Source: Vicugna vicugna (taxonomy: Eukaryota). From it: 64,000 nt of DNA. Below, piece by piece: positions 38,767 to 50,541 of the stretch (its first letter is position 1; each line of letters begins with the position of its first letter). Made by a program: the position numbers and the translations under genes. The stretch covers positions 7,236,716-7,300,715 of the forward strand of contig MU058337.1 of NCBI GenBank assembly GCA_013265495.1, given 5' to 3'. The notes under the pieces are model-generated. The model was not told the DNA's origin and did not search any database. It saw nothing but the letters and a program-made list of their open reading frames with translations.

Positions 38767-38959
38767 GCCCGCCGCCCGGCCCGGGACCCGCGGGGGCTTG
38801 GGGTGGCCTCGGGCTCCGTCCGGCCCCGCCGAAGCCGGACTCAGGCTTGACCAGCCGCCACCGCCGCCCGAGGGCTGCGCGCGGCCCGCGGGCCTCGTCG
38901 CCCGCGCGGATCGCGGCGGCCCGGCCGTCCCGTCCCAGGAAGTGGCCGTCCTGACCGCC

Positions 38960-39001
38960 ATGGCTCACTCCCCGGTGCAGTCGGGCCTGCCTGGCATGCA
39001 G
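38960..39001 (+). CDS. STK24: STK24/MST3 serine/threonine kinase (GCKIII family), first coding exon (14 codons, phase-0 intron follows)
   Basis: accgccATGG Kozak context at 38960. Translates as MAHSPVQSGLPGMQ, which I recognise as the N-terminus of the ubiquitous STK24 isoform (paralog STK26 begins MAHSPVAVQVPGMQ). Followed by the donor CAG|GTAGGC at 39001/39002, inside a CpG island. Confidence 0.95.
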
Positions 39002-42000
39002 GTAGGCATGAGCCGGGCTACCGAGGGGAGGAGGGGATGCGCGGGCCGGGGCGGAAGCGGGGAACTTGGCGGTGTAAACACTGCCCCCCCCGCTGCCCCT
39101 TCCGGGGTCGCGCGGGCCTCCAGCGCCGCGCTCGCAGCCCCCAGGGCGCCCTGCCCGGCCCCGCGGCCCGGGGCGGGGGGTGCAGGGACCTGGGGGCCGC
39201 GGCCTGGAGGCGGCCCTCGCCGGTCGGGACTCGCGGTGGTCGGAGTCGGGAGGGTTTGGGGTTGCCGGCCGCTTCGGCCTCTCCGCGTCCCTCTGCCCCT
39301 CCGGCGCCTTCCGAGCCGCAGGCCCCGCGGCAGCCCATCCCCAGGGACAAGTGATGTGGAGAAATGCCCTTGGAGGCCCGGCCGGCTCTCTGGGCCCTGG
39401 CGCGGGCGGGGGGCGGTGGAGGCCCCGGTCCCCCCCGCCCCAGCGAGCTGGCGGTAAAGTTGTGGGGAGGGAGGGGAGCCCCGGGCGCGCCCCGACTCGT
39501 CCCGGGCCGGCAGGGCGGGGTGGAGGAAGGTGTAACTGCCAGCTCCACTTCCAGCGCGTTTGCTCCGCGCGGGGCGGAGGGGAAAGTGCGAGCTTGAAAA
39601 CCTTTGGGGAGAAGGAATCAGTCGGACTACGTGCACTCGTGAATCCCGGGACACTGGGCTTTTACTTGGAGACTTGATGGGATCCAGATGAATCCCTTCC
39701 CAGTAAACCTCTCTCTTGCTACTTTGTGGCCTCTTGGCCTACCGGTGTCTTTTTTGGAGTGGGGGCGGGGGACAGAAGTTGAATTTCAAATTTACAAGAA
39801 TGCATTTAAGTTTTTCGCCATTGGGGACTGTTTTTAGCCCTTTGAAAAATAAAACCACCGTCCTTGGCTAATTTGTAATGTTTGTGAGAGCATAAATGGT
39901 GCCAAAATGACTGGGATCAAATCTCACTCTGTGGTTAGTGTATGTCTTTAAAGTTTTGCTCTCCAGATTTAGCTAAGCGAGTGAACCTACGAGTTTGGGG
40001 CGGGGGAGGGGGGCACAAAAAACAGCCACAAGCATCCCAGTGGATTATAGTGGATTGTTTATCTTACAAACTTCTATGGGCTTATTTTCTTTTTTCCCTC
40101 CTCACTCTTGAGGGCTGAGAAATGCAGTGTTTGGAACTGACCTCCTAGGAGCCTCTCTCTCTAAATCAGAAAAAGAAAACTCGATTTCATTGTTCAGGTT
40201 TGATATCTAAAAAAATAGGACCACAAAGTTACCAGAATTCTAGCTTTTTTTTTTTAAATGGAGTAACGTTAATAACTTGACTGGGCTTAAGAAAAACTGC
40301 CCTTGAATGTAAAGAGCTTTTAAACTCAACACGCGTTTAAAACCTAAGCTGCTGCTGACCACTAGGTAAAAGTCAGATGTGGTTTTCTTGGTATTTCCTA
40401 AAATTCTTGCTTCAGTTTGGTTCGAATTTACAGACAGGAAGGCAGGGTGAACTGGGGGAAAGTTATTTCTGACCTGTAGTGCAAGAAGGACCTCTTGTAA
40501 TGAATAAAAAAATACATTTACTCAGTACTTTAGATTGACTCTTACGCTGTTAATCAGGTTGTAATCCAGCACACATGCTTCAGAGTTTACCATGGAAGTC
40601 TTCAGCCTTCGTGGAAAGCCAATCAGTTTAAAAAGGTTCTTAAGCCCTGCTGGCTGGTGCCCTGAAGTTAGTATCACATGGTTTTCAGGTGGTATCTCAT
40701 CTCACTTTGGTCCTCACTTTTTCCTTTTTCCTTCAAGAGTGTGGGCCAGAATTCAAAGAAGGTACGTTTCTTTTAGGAACTTTGCCTCCCAAATGTACTT
40801 CCTAGGTAGTGTTACTGGGAAACTTTTTATTTTGCTTTCTTACTAGAAAAGCTGACAAGTTTTTATTTGGTTGAAACAACTAAATTTTCAGCTGATACAG
40901 TTGTAGGGGCACGAAGGTGGCTTCTGATAGAGTCATCCGTGTATTTAAGTACGTCTACACACTGTACGATGGTTGTTTTTGGTGTGCCTTTCGGGGAAGA
41001 ACATTCCTTTCCTCTCTCTTCCACTCCAAAGAAAAACAAGGAGCACATTTATTTTCTAATTCGAATCAGCAGCTGCTACTGCCCAGGGAGGCCTTCCTCA
41101 GAGTTGTTGAAGTTTAAATTGAAGGTGCACCTGCCTTTGATTGTTCTCTGGGATAAAACAGGAGGAAAGAAGTACCAGCCCTTCTTTGCCTTGTCCCGAT
41201 ATATCTCATCATCTCTCCCTTTTCTCCTTTCTCATCTCCTGACCAGGGTTTGCAAGGAGTTGGTGTAAAAATTTCAGAAAGACAGCAGAGTGAATTCAGG
41301 CAGCCTAGGCAAAGATGCTTAAAAAATAAACCTGAATGAAAGAATAATTTCAGTATAAACACCATTTTCATTGCTTTGCATATCATTTTTATGCTTCGAT
41401 TCTTACTGGTACCGCTTGAGACGTCGGTCTTACTTATACCATTTTCTACGTGTGCAAATCAACAGTGGCTGCCTGAAGTGACCAAGGTGAGATAGTGTAT
41501 TATGTGGAGAATTTGTGATTGGAAACCAGGTCTTTCTTGCCTTCAAGACCATGCTCCTACTCACCATGCTGTATTATTGCTTTCTTACTACTTTTGCAAA
41601 AATTAATGTTTATTTTATTCCAACTTTGGTTTGCTGAAGAAATTAGAATATGAAGTTGATATTTTATCTGTTCAATCAGCAACCATTATTGGACACTCTT
41701 GTGCTGGGTGCTAGGCGAGGGGTGGATGAGTGTAAATCTGAGTGTGTTATCCTTTTAATAACTATTTCATGAGGGTTGTTGGGGGCCTTTCCTTTTTTTT
41801 TTTTTTTTTTTTTTTTTTACCTTCCACCCTCTGGTTTCACATTAGTATAGGGGAAAAAATAGAAATCATGAACTGAATGTAGTATCTACAAATAGACATA
41901 AAGAAATTAGGTTGAATTCTGGATTTAACTACTCCCTGCCCTTCACTGAATATTTGCTGTTTCGCTCAATTTAATGCAGATTAAAGAAAAGCAAGCATCA

Positions 42001-42099
42001 GCTGGAGGCAGAGCACCAACCAGCTTTTAGTTGGCTAAGTTGTAATTTGAAAAGAATTAGATTTTGGTTTACACGTTTCTGTAATAGAATTTTATCATT

Positions 42100-42308
42100 C
42101 ACTTTAAAACTTTTCTGGACCGTGACCCATGTAAGAAATAAATTTTACATCAAGACCTGAAACTAAAAGTTTCAGAAGGCAATCCTGATCCTCACTACTT
42201 CTGAGGTACCGGTGTGTGATGTATTTTATTAAAAAAAAAAAAAAGAGCTGTTGCAAAAGTAAATTGATTTCACAGCTGACTGTTTTGACTCAAGTTGGAA
42301 ATACACTG
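42100..42308. mobile_element. Charlie4-like hAT remnant
   Basis: 'gaccgtgacccatgtaagaaataaattttacatc..aaattgatttcac..agttggaaatacactg'. Confidence 0.55.
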
Positions 42309-45157
42309 ATTAGCCATGTCATGTGTATAGTAGGGCCTAAGTTGTAGTGTGTCTTGAGGATGTCATACATGTGAGATACCCTCACACTGGAAAGTGCAGA
42401 CAGACCACTTACAGGAATAGCTGGAAAACTTAGTGTCTGTTAACATCACCGTTTCTCTGGCTGCTTGGAAGCAGCTTTGTTGAGAATGCCCCTTTGTGCT
42501 GAGAGAGCAAGAAAGCCGTTTAAGGGCCAGTTTGGACGAGTTGGGAACTTTCTCCAGCGCTCCCTGGGGAAACCTGTGTGCTCTGGAAATTTGGGAAATG
42601 AAGGCAGACAGGACAGCTGCATTTAATTGTGGCCTAAGTGCTCTTCTTTTTCCTCATTAGTTTCACATTTCCATAGTTTTTTCCTGTTTCCATGGAAGAG
42701 GCCTCCCCAACTAGTTCGGCCTGTTACCACTGCCCTGGGGAAGGGTTGGCGTGTGAATGTGTGGGTAGTCAGGGTATCTGTGAGATGTGGGTCCTGCAGG
42801 CACCTTGAGAGAAAGGCTGATCTGTACGATGTGGTCCAGTGTTGGAGCAGACGGTGCAAGTTTAGGGAGACTCCTGGCTGGTCCTCAGGAAGTCAGCAGC
42901 CTAGTGATGGCCGAGTCAGCTAATCTACCTAAGAAGGTTCAGATGAGCCGGGCGCACAGAGCTGGGCTTGTGGTGGGAGAACAGGCTGTAGGGAGGTGAT
43001 GCCGGGACCCCAGAGCTGGAGCTGGAAGGGCTGCGGGCACTGAGGGGGCTGCGTTGCTGACTGCCTAGGGCGAGGTCCTGTTGGAACTCTGCGTCCTCCG
43101 TGCATGTGGTTGGAGATGGCTGAAGAATGCTGGGGTTGTTGGGTGACCACTTGGAAGGCTGTGGTAGCCTTTTAGGGAGAGGGACCCCTGAATAGTGAGA
43201 GGAGGAGGAGGAGGCTGGTAGGGTTCCCATGTCTGCGGGGCAGCTTTTAGCAAGGTTTCCTCAAACCTTGTAATTTGAACTCTTAGCAAGCATTTTATAG
43301 TCTTTATCGCTCTCGCCCATGCCCCTTGCTTTTGACCCTTTTTGCTGCTCTACACGAAAGAGTAATAAGGAAAATAAAGGCACATTCTCTGTCACTGTTG
43401 TAGCCTATCTTTAAGTTTTTTAAAAAAATAATGTTTCAATACTTCATATTCCCTCTTCTCTATCATTAGTATTTCACAATGTTAAGAATTTATTTTGCTC
43501 AAATTGTTTTTGAAGGGGAGGATTATCAGAAGATTTTTTTTAAATTAAAAATAAAATTTGAAGGAGTCCAGGACATTTTGGTTCTAATCCCATATCAGGG
43601 AACATTCTTGATAGTATTTCCCGTAGAACCAATGACCTTCAAGTAGAAGTTGGTTAGATTACATTTTTCTAGGCTGCTAACATAGCACAGGGTCCTGGCA
43701 GAGGGTAGTTGTGGATACGTGGCAGCCATCACCATTGCTTTCTTGTTCCTGTATGTAATTTTTGTGGTCTCCTTTGAGCTACTGTTCCAGTGTGCAGAGC
43801 TGAGCTTTCTTTTTTGCTTCTGGTTGACATTGCTTTTGAGTTGAACGGTATTTTTCTGGGACCTTAGTATGAGATGCGGTGTGAGGAGTTTCTGGAGACG
43901 TGAACCACTTGGTAGTTGCGGCTTCACTCTAGTGTATTTTATAGTCACAATGAAGCCAGAGTCCAGGAGCCTGAGGATCTCTTGAGAAATGTGCCACATT
44001 GCTCTCTGGGTGATTTCTCCTGCTGATTCAGAGTTGCCTGCTTGGAAACTCCATACCTGCAGGAAATGGACCACACCTAGCCAGCCCTTTTGTGGCTTTT
44101 TTTGTGCTTGAGTTCAGTATTGTTATCTTTCATGGAATCTTGCTGGTGCAAGCACAGGAAATGGAAGCTGGCTGTTACCCCTCGATTGCTGCTCAGAGTC
44201 ACCCACTGTCACTGGACCAGTCTTTCCCCTCCCATAACTTGTGTTTTTGCAGTGCAGTAACACTGAAAACTCATGGCCAAATGCTTAGAGAAGAAAAACA
44301 TGGCTATTAGAACACCTGGCTCCTGAGGTGAACTTGGAGTTTCCTAATCCTAAATGGCTCCCTGGTTTCCAAGGTTTTAGAGGAGGGAAAATAAAACGAC
44401 ATGTACCTTTGTTTGCAGCAAAGTATAAAACATCCCAGTTGTGGGTTACAAAGCCACTTCACGTCCACCCCCCTGGGGACGCACTGTAGACTTCACAGAC
44501 CTTCCATTATGTTTTCTGGAGGAGGAGCCTTTTCTGTTCAGCTCCCTACTGGTGTCTGAATTCATCGTGGGAACGTTTCGAGTTTTACATTAATGTTCAC
44601 CAAATATGTAGCTGGTGTTTATCTTCCCATTATTTTAAGTCTCTTCCTGTTTTTAAAAAGACTTTCTGGCCCTAAGATTTGAACGGACGGTATAGGTCCA
44701 AGTCCTTTGTTCTATTTTAAGTATTTAGGATTTTTGTTTAGTTTTTACTTGAAAAGTTATGCACATGACAAGGCTTGTTGGGGAGAGAGAGGCTACTTGC
44801 CACCTGCTTCCATTCCCTCCTCCCCCAGGGCAGCCCCGCCATCGCTCTTGGCTGGTTGGTGCCCTTGTTGTTACTTCTTTGTTCATAAAGAACATTTAAA
44901 ATTCGCTGCTACTTCCCCCTCTAGTTTCAGGCATTATCTGTGGACCTCGCACCCTGAAGATGAGAATTTAGTTCTCCTCTCCTTGCCTCCTTCACTCTTG
45001 TATCTCCCCGCCCTGTCCCCGTGGAGTTACACTGTAACTTTGGTTAGATTAGCGCGCACCTTAATGTGGCTGCGGAAACACTGTTCCCAGGCAGCCGTTA
45101 GGAAACCAGAATCACGTTTTAGCTCTTACTTGGAAGTTGTTTTTTGCAAGTGTAATT

Positions 45158-45464
45158 GTTTTGGTCTACTTGGGCTGCTATTACAAGATATGGTAGACTG
45201 AGGGGCTTAAACAGCAAACATTTCTCACAGTTGATGCTGGGAAGTCCAAGATCAGGGCTCTGGCAGATTTGATGTCTTTTGAGGGGCCGCTTCTGGCTGT
45301 GTCCTCCTGGGCAAAGGGACGAGAGGCTGCTCTGGGGTCTCTTTATATGGGCACTAATCCCAGTCCTGAGGATTCTACCTTCATGACCTCATCATCTCTC
45401 ATCACACTGGGGACTGGGTCTCACTGTGTGATTTGGGGGCACATAAACATTTAGTCTTGTAGCA
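45158..45464 (-). mobile_element. MLT1A-like MaLR LTR inside an old antisense L1ME-like region (about 44700-46500)
   Basis: 'tgggctgctattacaa..gcttaaac..tttctcacagt..gctgggaagtccaagatcagg..gggcactaatccc..tcatgacct..aaacatttagtc'. Confidence 0.85.
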
Positions 45465-48400
45465 GCACTTACAACGTACGAGTTGTTCAGGTGGGGTGCG
45501 CAGGCTAGCTGTCCCTTTCACTGCTCTGGAGAGTCCTTCCCGTGAGCCTTCAGCCCTGAACCGCTGGCGTCCCTGGTCATCTTTGCCTTCATCCTTGGGA
45601 TTCCTGTGCTGCTCTCTTGGGATGCCTTGTTTTCTGTGTCTCCTGTCTTTGCTTCCTTGGCTTATACCACTGTGTTGGTGGAACATATCTTGCTGTGGTC
45701 TTCCTGTGAGTAGAGTGCATGGGAGATAGGTTTTTTTTTTTTTTGAGTTCTTGGATATCTGAACATTTCTTATTTTTGCCTTTCCCCTCAATTGATATTT
45801 TAGCATGGTATCTAGTCATGGGATGAAAATAATTTCCCCCAGAATCGTGACAGCATCTCCACTGTGCTTTAGCTTCCAGTGTTGCTGTTGAAGAATACAA
45901 TGCCACTCCGATACGGAAATCTGTTTGTGCAGGCTGTTTTATGTTTCCAGAATTTTATAGAATCTGAATATTCTCTTTGTGATCTAAAGTTTCATCATGT
46001 TGTGTCTTGATGTGAGTTTACTTGTACTTTTTGTGACAGGTACTTTGTAGGCCCTTTTAATCAGGCAACTCAGATCTTTTTGTTGAGCTTTTGATTCCTT
46101 TCCACTCCCATTTTCTATGTTTTCTCTTTCCTAAACTCTTTATTATTTGGATACTGGAGCTTCTGGACTGGTCCTCAATATTCTTGTCTTTTTATACGTA
46201 TTTTCCAGCTCTGTTTTTTTCTGTGGTTTTTGGGAGACTGTCTCAACTTTATCTTTCAGCTTTTCCAAAAAGTATTTTGTTTCTGCTCTTGTTTTTTAAA
46301 TTCTTAGGGCTCTTTTTGGTTCTCTGAATGTTGCTTGCTTGTTTCAGATGAAATATCTGCTCTTCATCTCCCTGAGTGTGTTCATTGTAGTTATGTTGTT
46401 TCTTTCCCCCAGGAATAGATTCTCTTTCTCCAAGGCCCCTTTGCCCACCCCTGTCTCCCTGCCAGCTGGCTTTGGTCACTGTTTTCTGTGGTAGAGGCCG
46501 CCCTGGAGGGTCCACTTATATTTAAGAGTGGTGGACTCCCAGGCTGGTTGGAAGTGTGAGCCCTTGACTGGGGCTTTTTAACCACAATGATGTAGGTGCT
46601 CCTACTGTGCGGAGAGGTGAGGAGTGGATTTTACTAGTTTCCTTTAGCTTTGTATACATTTTGCCTCCCTGCAGAAGTCTTGCCCCAAGCCTTCTGCCTG
46701 CTCACCTCTGGACTGGTGGTCGGCCACCCTCGGTGCGCCCCTGGGCTGGCACCTCTTCCCGCCTGAAGCGCTGAGTGGAGGGGGCTGGTGCGGGCGCAGT
46801 GCCCTGTGTGGCTTCACTCCGCTCCTGAAACCTTTGTTTCCTTTCCAGAATATGCTTTCAATTTCCTTTCCTGGGGAGGCTGGAGGCAGTTGCCTGGCTG
46901 TGAGGAGCGGGAAGACCATCTGGGTGTCTTACTACTTCTGAAGTGACTTTCAGTCTCTCCTCCCCTGGGGATTCGGCACTGTGGGTGGAGTTGATTCTCT
47001 GCTTTCTCCACCTCAGACTTGGCGCTTGTCTTCCCCATCTTTCTTTCTACCACCCACTTTCCAGCTTCTGGAGTTTCCTGGCTGTAGGTCTTCTCTCCCC
47101 TCCTAGTACTTGGAGGTGGTCTTGTAAGAAAACCCCCTTTACAGTGATTTTGAGGGGGTTTCAGGATTGACCAAGGTAGATGCTTATGCTCAGTGAGCTT
47201 TCCACCTGGAAGTCACTCTCTTCAATTTATAGATGAATGAATGGAATTTGAATTCCAAGGTCAGGATTGCTTGGTGCCTGGGGCGAGGAGGACTCCTGAG
47301 CCGCTGCTGTCCTCTTCGTTATGTGAGTTTTACTTTCTGGTTTCTTTCTGTAAGAAGGCAGTATAAATAGACCCCTGTCTTCCCATGTGTGTGTCCGCTG
47401 ACTTCAGTGCTTTTTTTCTGTTCTCTCATTTTCTAGTCTCAGGATCCTGTGGGCACAGAGCCATTTCAGGCCACCCCCCCACCCCCCGCAGTATCTTGGA
47501 GAAACATTTGCTTAAGTTGATTGGTGTTTTGGGGGGTGCAGCCCGTGGTCCGGGATTGAGTGTAGGCTTCCTGGGCAGGCAGGGCCGCCAGGGTGGGTCA
47601 GAGTGTCTCTCGGGGAGGGGGGGGGAGCCTGGTGTGTAGGTGTCTGGGGACTCGGTGCTGGGGACTCAGGAATGAAGAGTGGGCATACCCATATCCCTGT
47701 GTGGGGCACGGTGCTGTTTCTTAAATACACACGTTGGTGGACAAGTGGCTCCATGGGTCTGCTTCCTACTTAGGAACCAAGTAGCTTTTGGGGTACAAAT
47801 GTACAGTGATAAACGAGTGGAAATGAAAAGTAATCGAGAACTCGGGTACCCTGGGCGTTGGTCAGCAGCTATTTTAGGCGCAGTTTCCTAGCATCACTTT
47901 AACATCAAGTTCAGTTGTAATTGCTACCTGAACTCCTGATGAGCTGAGAACCTGCTGAAGAAGGGTGGTGTTTGAGCATTCCTTTCCTGTGTTTGGTGCC
48001 CTTTCATTGTACTGAACATTTGTTGAGAGGTAATTTAAAAAGAAAAAGATACGTACAGAGTTGCTCACTTCCTCGGCAGTTCCTCCCAGGAGGCGGGGAC
48101 TTTTCACTTCTGCTTCACCGCGGTACCTGAACAGATCAGTGTGAAAGTAAATGGTCTTCTGGCGTTGATGCTGCCGTTAGTGGGAACCTTGTAGGAAGGA
48201 AGGGAGCCAAATATTATTGCGCTCCTCCCAAGGGCCACACCTGGAGGACGTCTTATGCCCGTGGCTGGTCCCCTGGGCCTCTGCTGAGGAAAGGGCCATT
48301 AGACCAGTTTTATAGATGAGAACACTGAGGCTGAGTGAAACTTGACCAGGGCTTCCCACCTAGAGCAGAGCCCCGACTTAACTTTTGGTGCTAGCTAGCG

Positions 48401-48789
48401 TGTGCCTCCTACCAGGCGTTTCAGATCACCCTAACGACCAAATTGTGCATCGGCTTGCATGAGACCAGCCCAGTTTGGGGCTAGGAATTGATGGTATTTT
48501 GGGCACCTTTATTCCCACGATTTCGTTTTTTGACTTTTGAAGAAGATTTTGTTCATGTTCCAGTGTTATTTTTAATTGTCCTTTTTGAATTTTGGATTGT
48601 GGATGTGGGGGGAGGTGATGGGTCCCTGTTCTCTTTCTCTCAGCTGAGCCCTCAGGCCACCTTCAGGGACGGATTGGAGCCCCTGAGGGGCCTCTGTTTG
48701 TTGCCTCTCAGATGTTTCCCGGGTTGTTTTGAACTGTGCAGAAGTATTAACTGAAGAAAGTGCCCTGTGATCTAACTGTTTTTCAGATT

Positions 48790-48923
48790 TCAGCGTTTAT
48801 CCTCGTCAGCTCGAGGGCTTGGTAAAACGCAGGCTGTAGGCTCTAGGTCTGTGGTGCAGTTTGCATTTCTAACAAGCTTCCTGGTGTGTGGCTGCCTCAG
48901 GGACCACACTTTGAGAACCGCTG
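48790..48923. mobile_element. MER5A-like fragment
   Basis: 'tttgcatttctaacaagcttcc..gggaccacactttgagaaccgctg'. Confidence 0.7.
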
Positions 48924-50387
48924 CAGTGCAGACTTAAAAACCCTTACATCCCTGGGCTCCCCAGAGGGGACCCCGGCGGTGCCCACTTGGACAGCAGCTC
49001 CGGGGGAAGTTAGTGCTTGTGACCTACGGCGCGTATTTCAGACTGACTTTGGAACCACCAGTCTAGCTTTGGGAATTGAATAGGTTTTTTTTTCTTTCTT
49101 TCTTCCTTTTTAATTGAAAGGATGATTAGAACCTTTATTTACTGTTTTAGTATGTATTACACGCCTGTTGGGGGGCAGAGGCAGATGTGTGCTCCATGAC
49201 TTTCTGACCTTGGAACCTTGTCTTTGAAGAAATGCATCGCAGAACCAGCCTGCCACGATTCTTTTGGAAAACCTCGAGCTAGAACAAAAGCCCCGAGCCT
49301 GACGCTCTTACCGTTGCCGGGAGCCTCTCTCTTAACTGTCGTTTTCATCACGTCACCTCTGCTTAAAAACCTTTGGTATCTTCCTGACCAAGTATAAATA
49401 AACTCCTCGGGGCCTCGGGTTAATACCCGGCTTCCTCTTGAACTGCCTTCCCCACTCCCTTATCCCTGCCCGCCCCCTAGGCCCCCCATTCCTTAGCCCG
49501 GTTACCCCTGGTGAGCTGTTAGTATTTATGTTGCCTTTTTTCCCTCGACTGGACTGTAAGGGAAGACCTTCAGGGAAGGTGTCCTGGGCACCCCGGGAGG
49601 AGCCCCCTTGCCTGTGGTGGGGGGTCAGTTAGGGGATGAGGCTCCCTTTGGGCAAAATCGATTTTCCTGTGCTTCTGCTCAATACTTAACTGAAGATATA
49701 TGCATGTCTCCAAACTGAGAATAATATACCAGACCAATAGTCTTTTTAATGTTTTGAGATGTCAGAGGTTTTGTGATTTTATGTATAAATAGTTGATTTG
49801 ATTTTGAATTAAAAAAAGGATCTGTATTTCTGTGTTAGCAGTCTTTTATTAGAGAGCACTGTGATTAGCTAGACTTTGATCCTACCAGACCTGCCTATTT
49901 GAGGGTGGTTTTTTTGTGGAGGTGGGTAGGGGACTTGGTTTTTGTTTTTAAGTGCGTTGTAATTTTTCTGCGGTTCATTCTATGACTTTTTCCAGTATCA
50001 GGGTAAACAGCATATTCAGCCGTCTCCAGGGATCTGCTGTGTCAGGAAAGGTCGTTGTAAGGTTTGGCTCTTCACTTGCCTTTGTTAATAAAGGATCCAA
50101 AGTGGTTCTAAAGGACCCCCATTTGTGTCTTTCGGAACGCCTCCCTCCATACTGTCTTCTTCAAGACAAGTCAGGTGCTTCCATGAAGGGAAAGTGCTTG
50201 TGCTTCCTGGCCTGCTGACCCCCGCTGCCTGTTTGTGCAGCGGGCGTGTGTGGTTGGGGCTGCACATCTGGTGGTGGCATGGGTTCGGGTCACACTCTCC
50301 AGTGCGGCAGGAGTGGCCCTGGACGCTGTGGAACAGAATTCCCTTGCCCCACCTGTGACGAAGAGTCATAATTTAAAGTGGTCTGAA

Positions 50388-50541
50388 GGGGAGGGTACAG
50401 CTCAGTGGCAGAGTGCCTGCTCAGCATGCGCAAGGTCCTGGGTTCGGTTCCCCAGCGCCTCCATTAAATAAATAAGTAAATAAATAAACCTAGTTAGCTC
50501 CCCCCAAAACAAAAACTCAAACAATAATAATAAAAAAAAAA
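50388..50541 (+). mobile_element. Vic-1-like tRNA-derived SINE in intron 1
   Basis: 'ggggagggtacagctcagtggcagagtgcctgctcagcatgcgcaaggtcctgggttcggttccccag..aaataaataaacctagttagctccccc' followed by an A tail. Confidence 0.9.

Larger units (their letters stand above)
37950..39600. promoter_or_regulatory. STK24: CpG island promoter and exon 1 of STK24
   Basis: Abrupt very GC-rich, CpG-dense block with several GC boxes (e.g. GGGGCGGGGC 38529-38538) and no clear TATA box. It surrounds the start codon. The TSS is inferred to be near 38.55-38.6 kb and is not directly visible. Confidence 0.9.

Noticed and set aside
37967..38968. 333-aa minus-strand ORF and other long overlapping ORFs across the CpG island
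   Set aside because: Low-complexity Arg/Pro/Gly/Ala translations in several frames, mostly non-ATG starts and no recognisable domain. This is expected from stop-codon scarcity in very GC-rich DNA.
39002..39457. Read-through of the 250-aa ORF beyond MAHSPVQSGLPGMQ
   Set aside because: It continues past a canonical donor into intron 1, and the sequence no longer resembles STK24.
50388..50463. tRNA-like sequences here and at 10715, 11357 and 32050
   Set aside because: These are SINE heads with A-rich tails and divergent stems, not tRNA genes.
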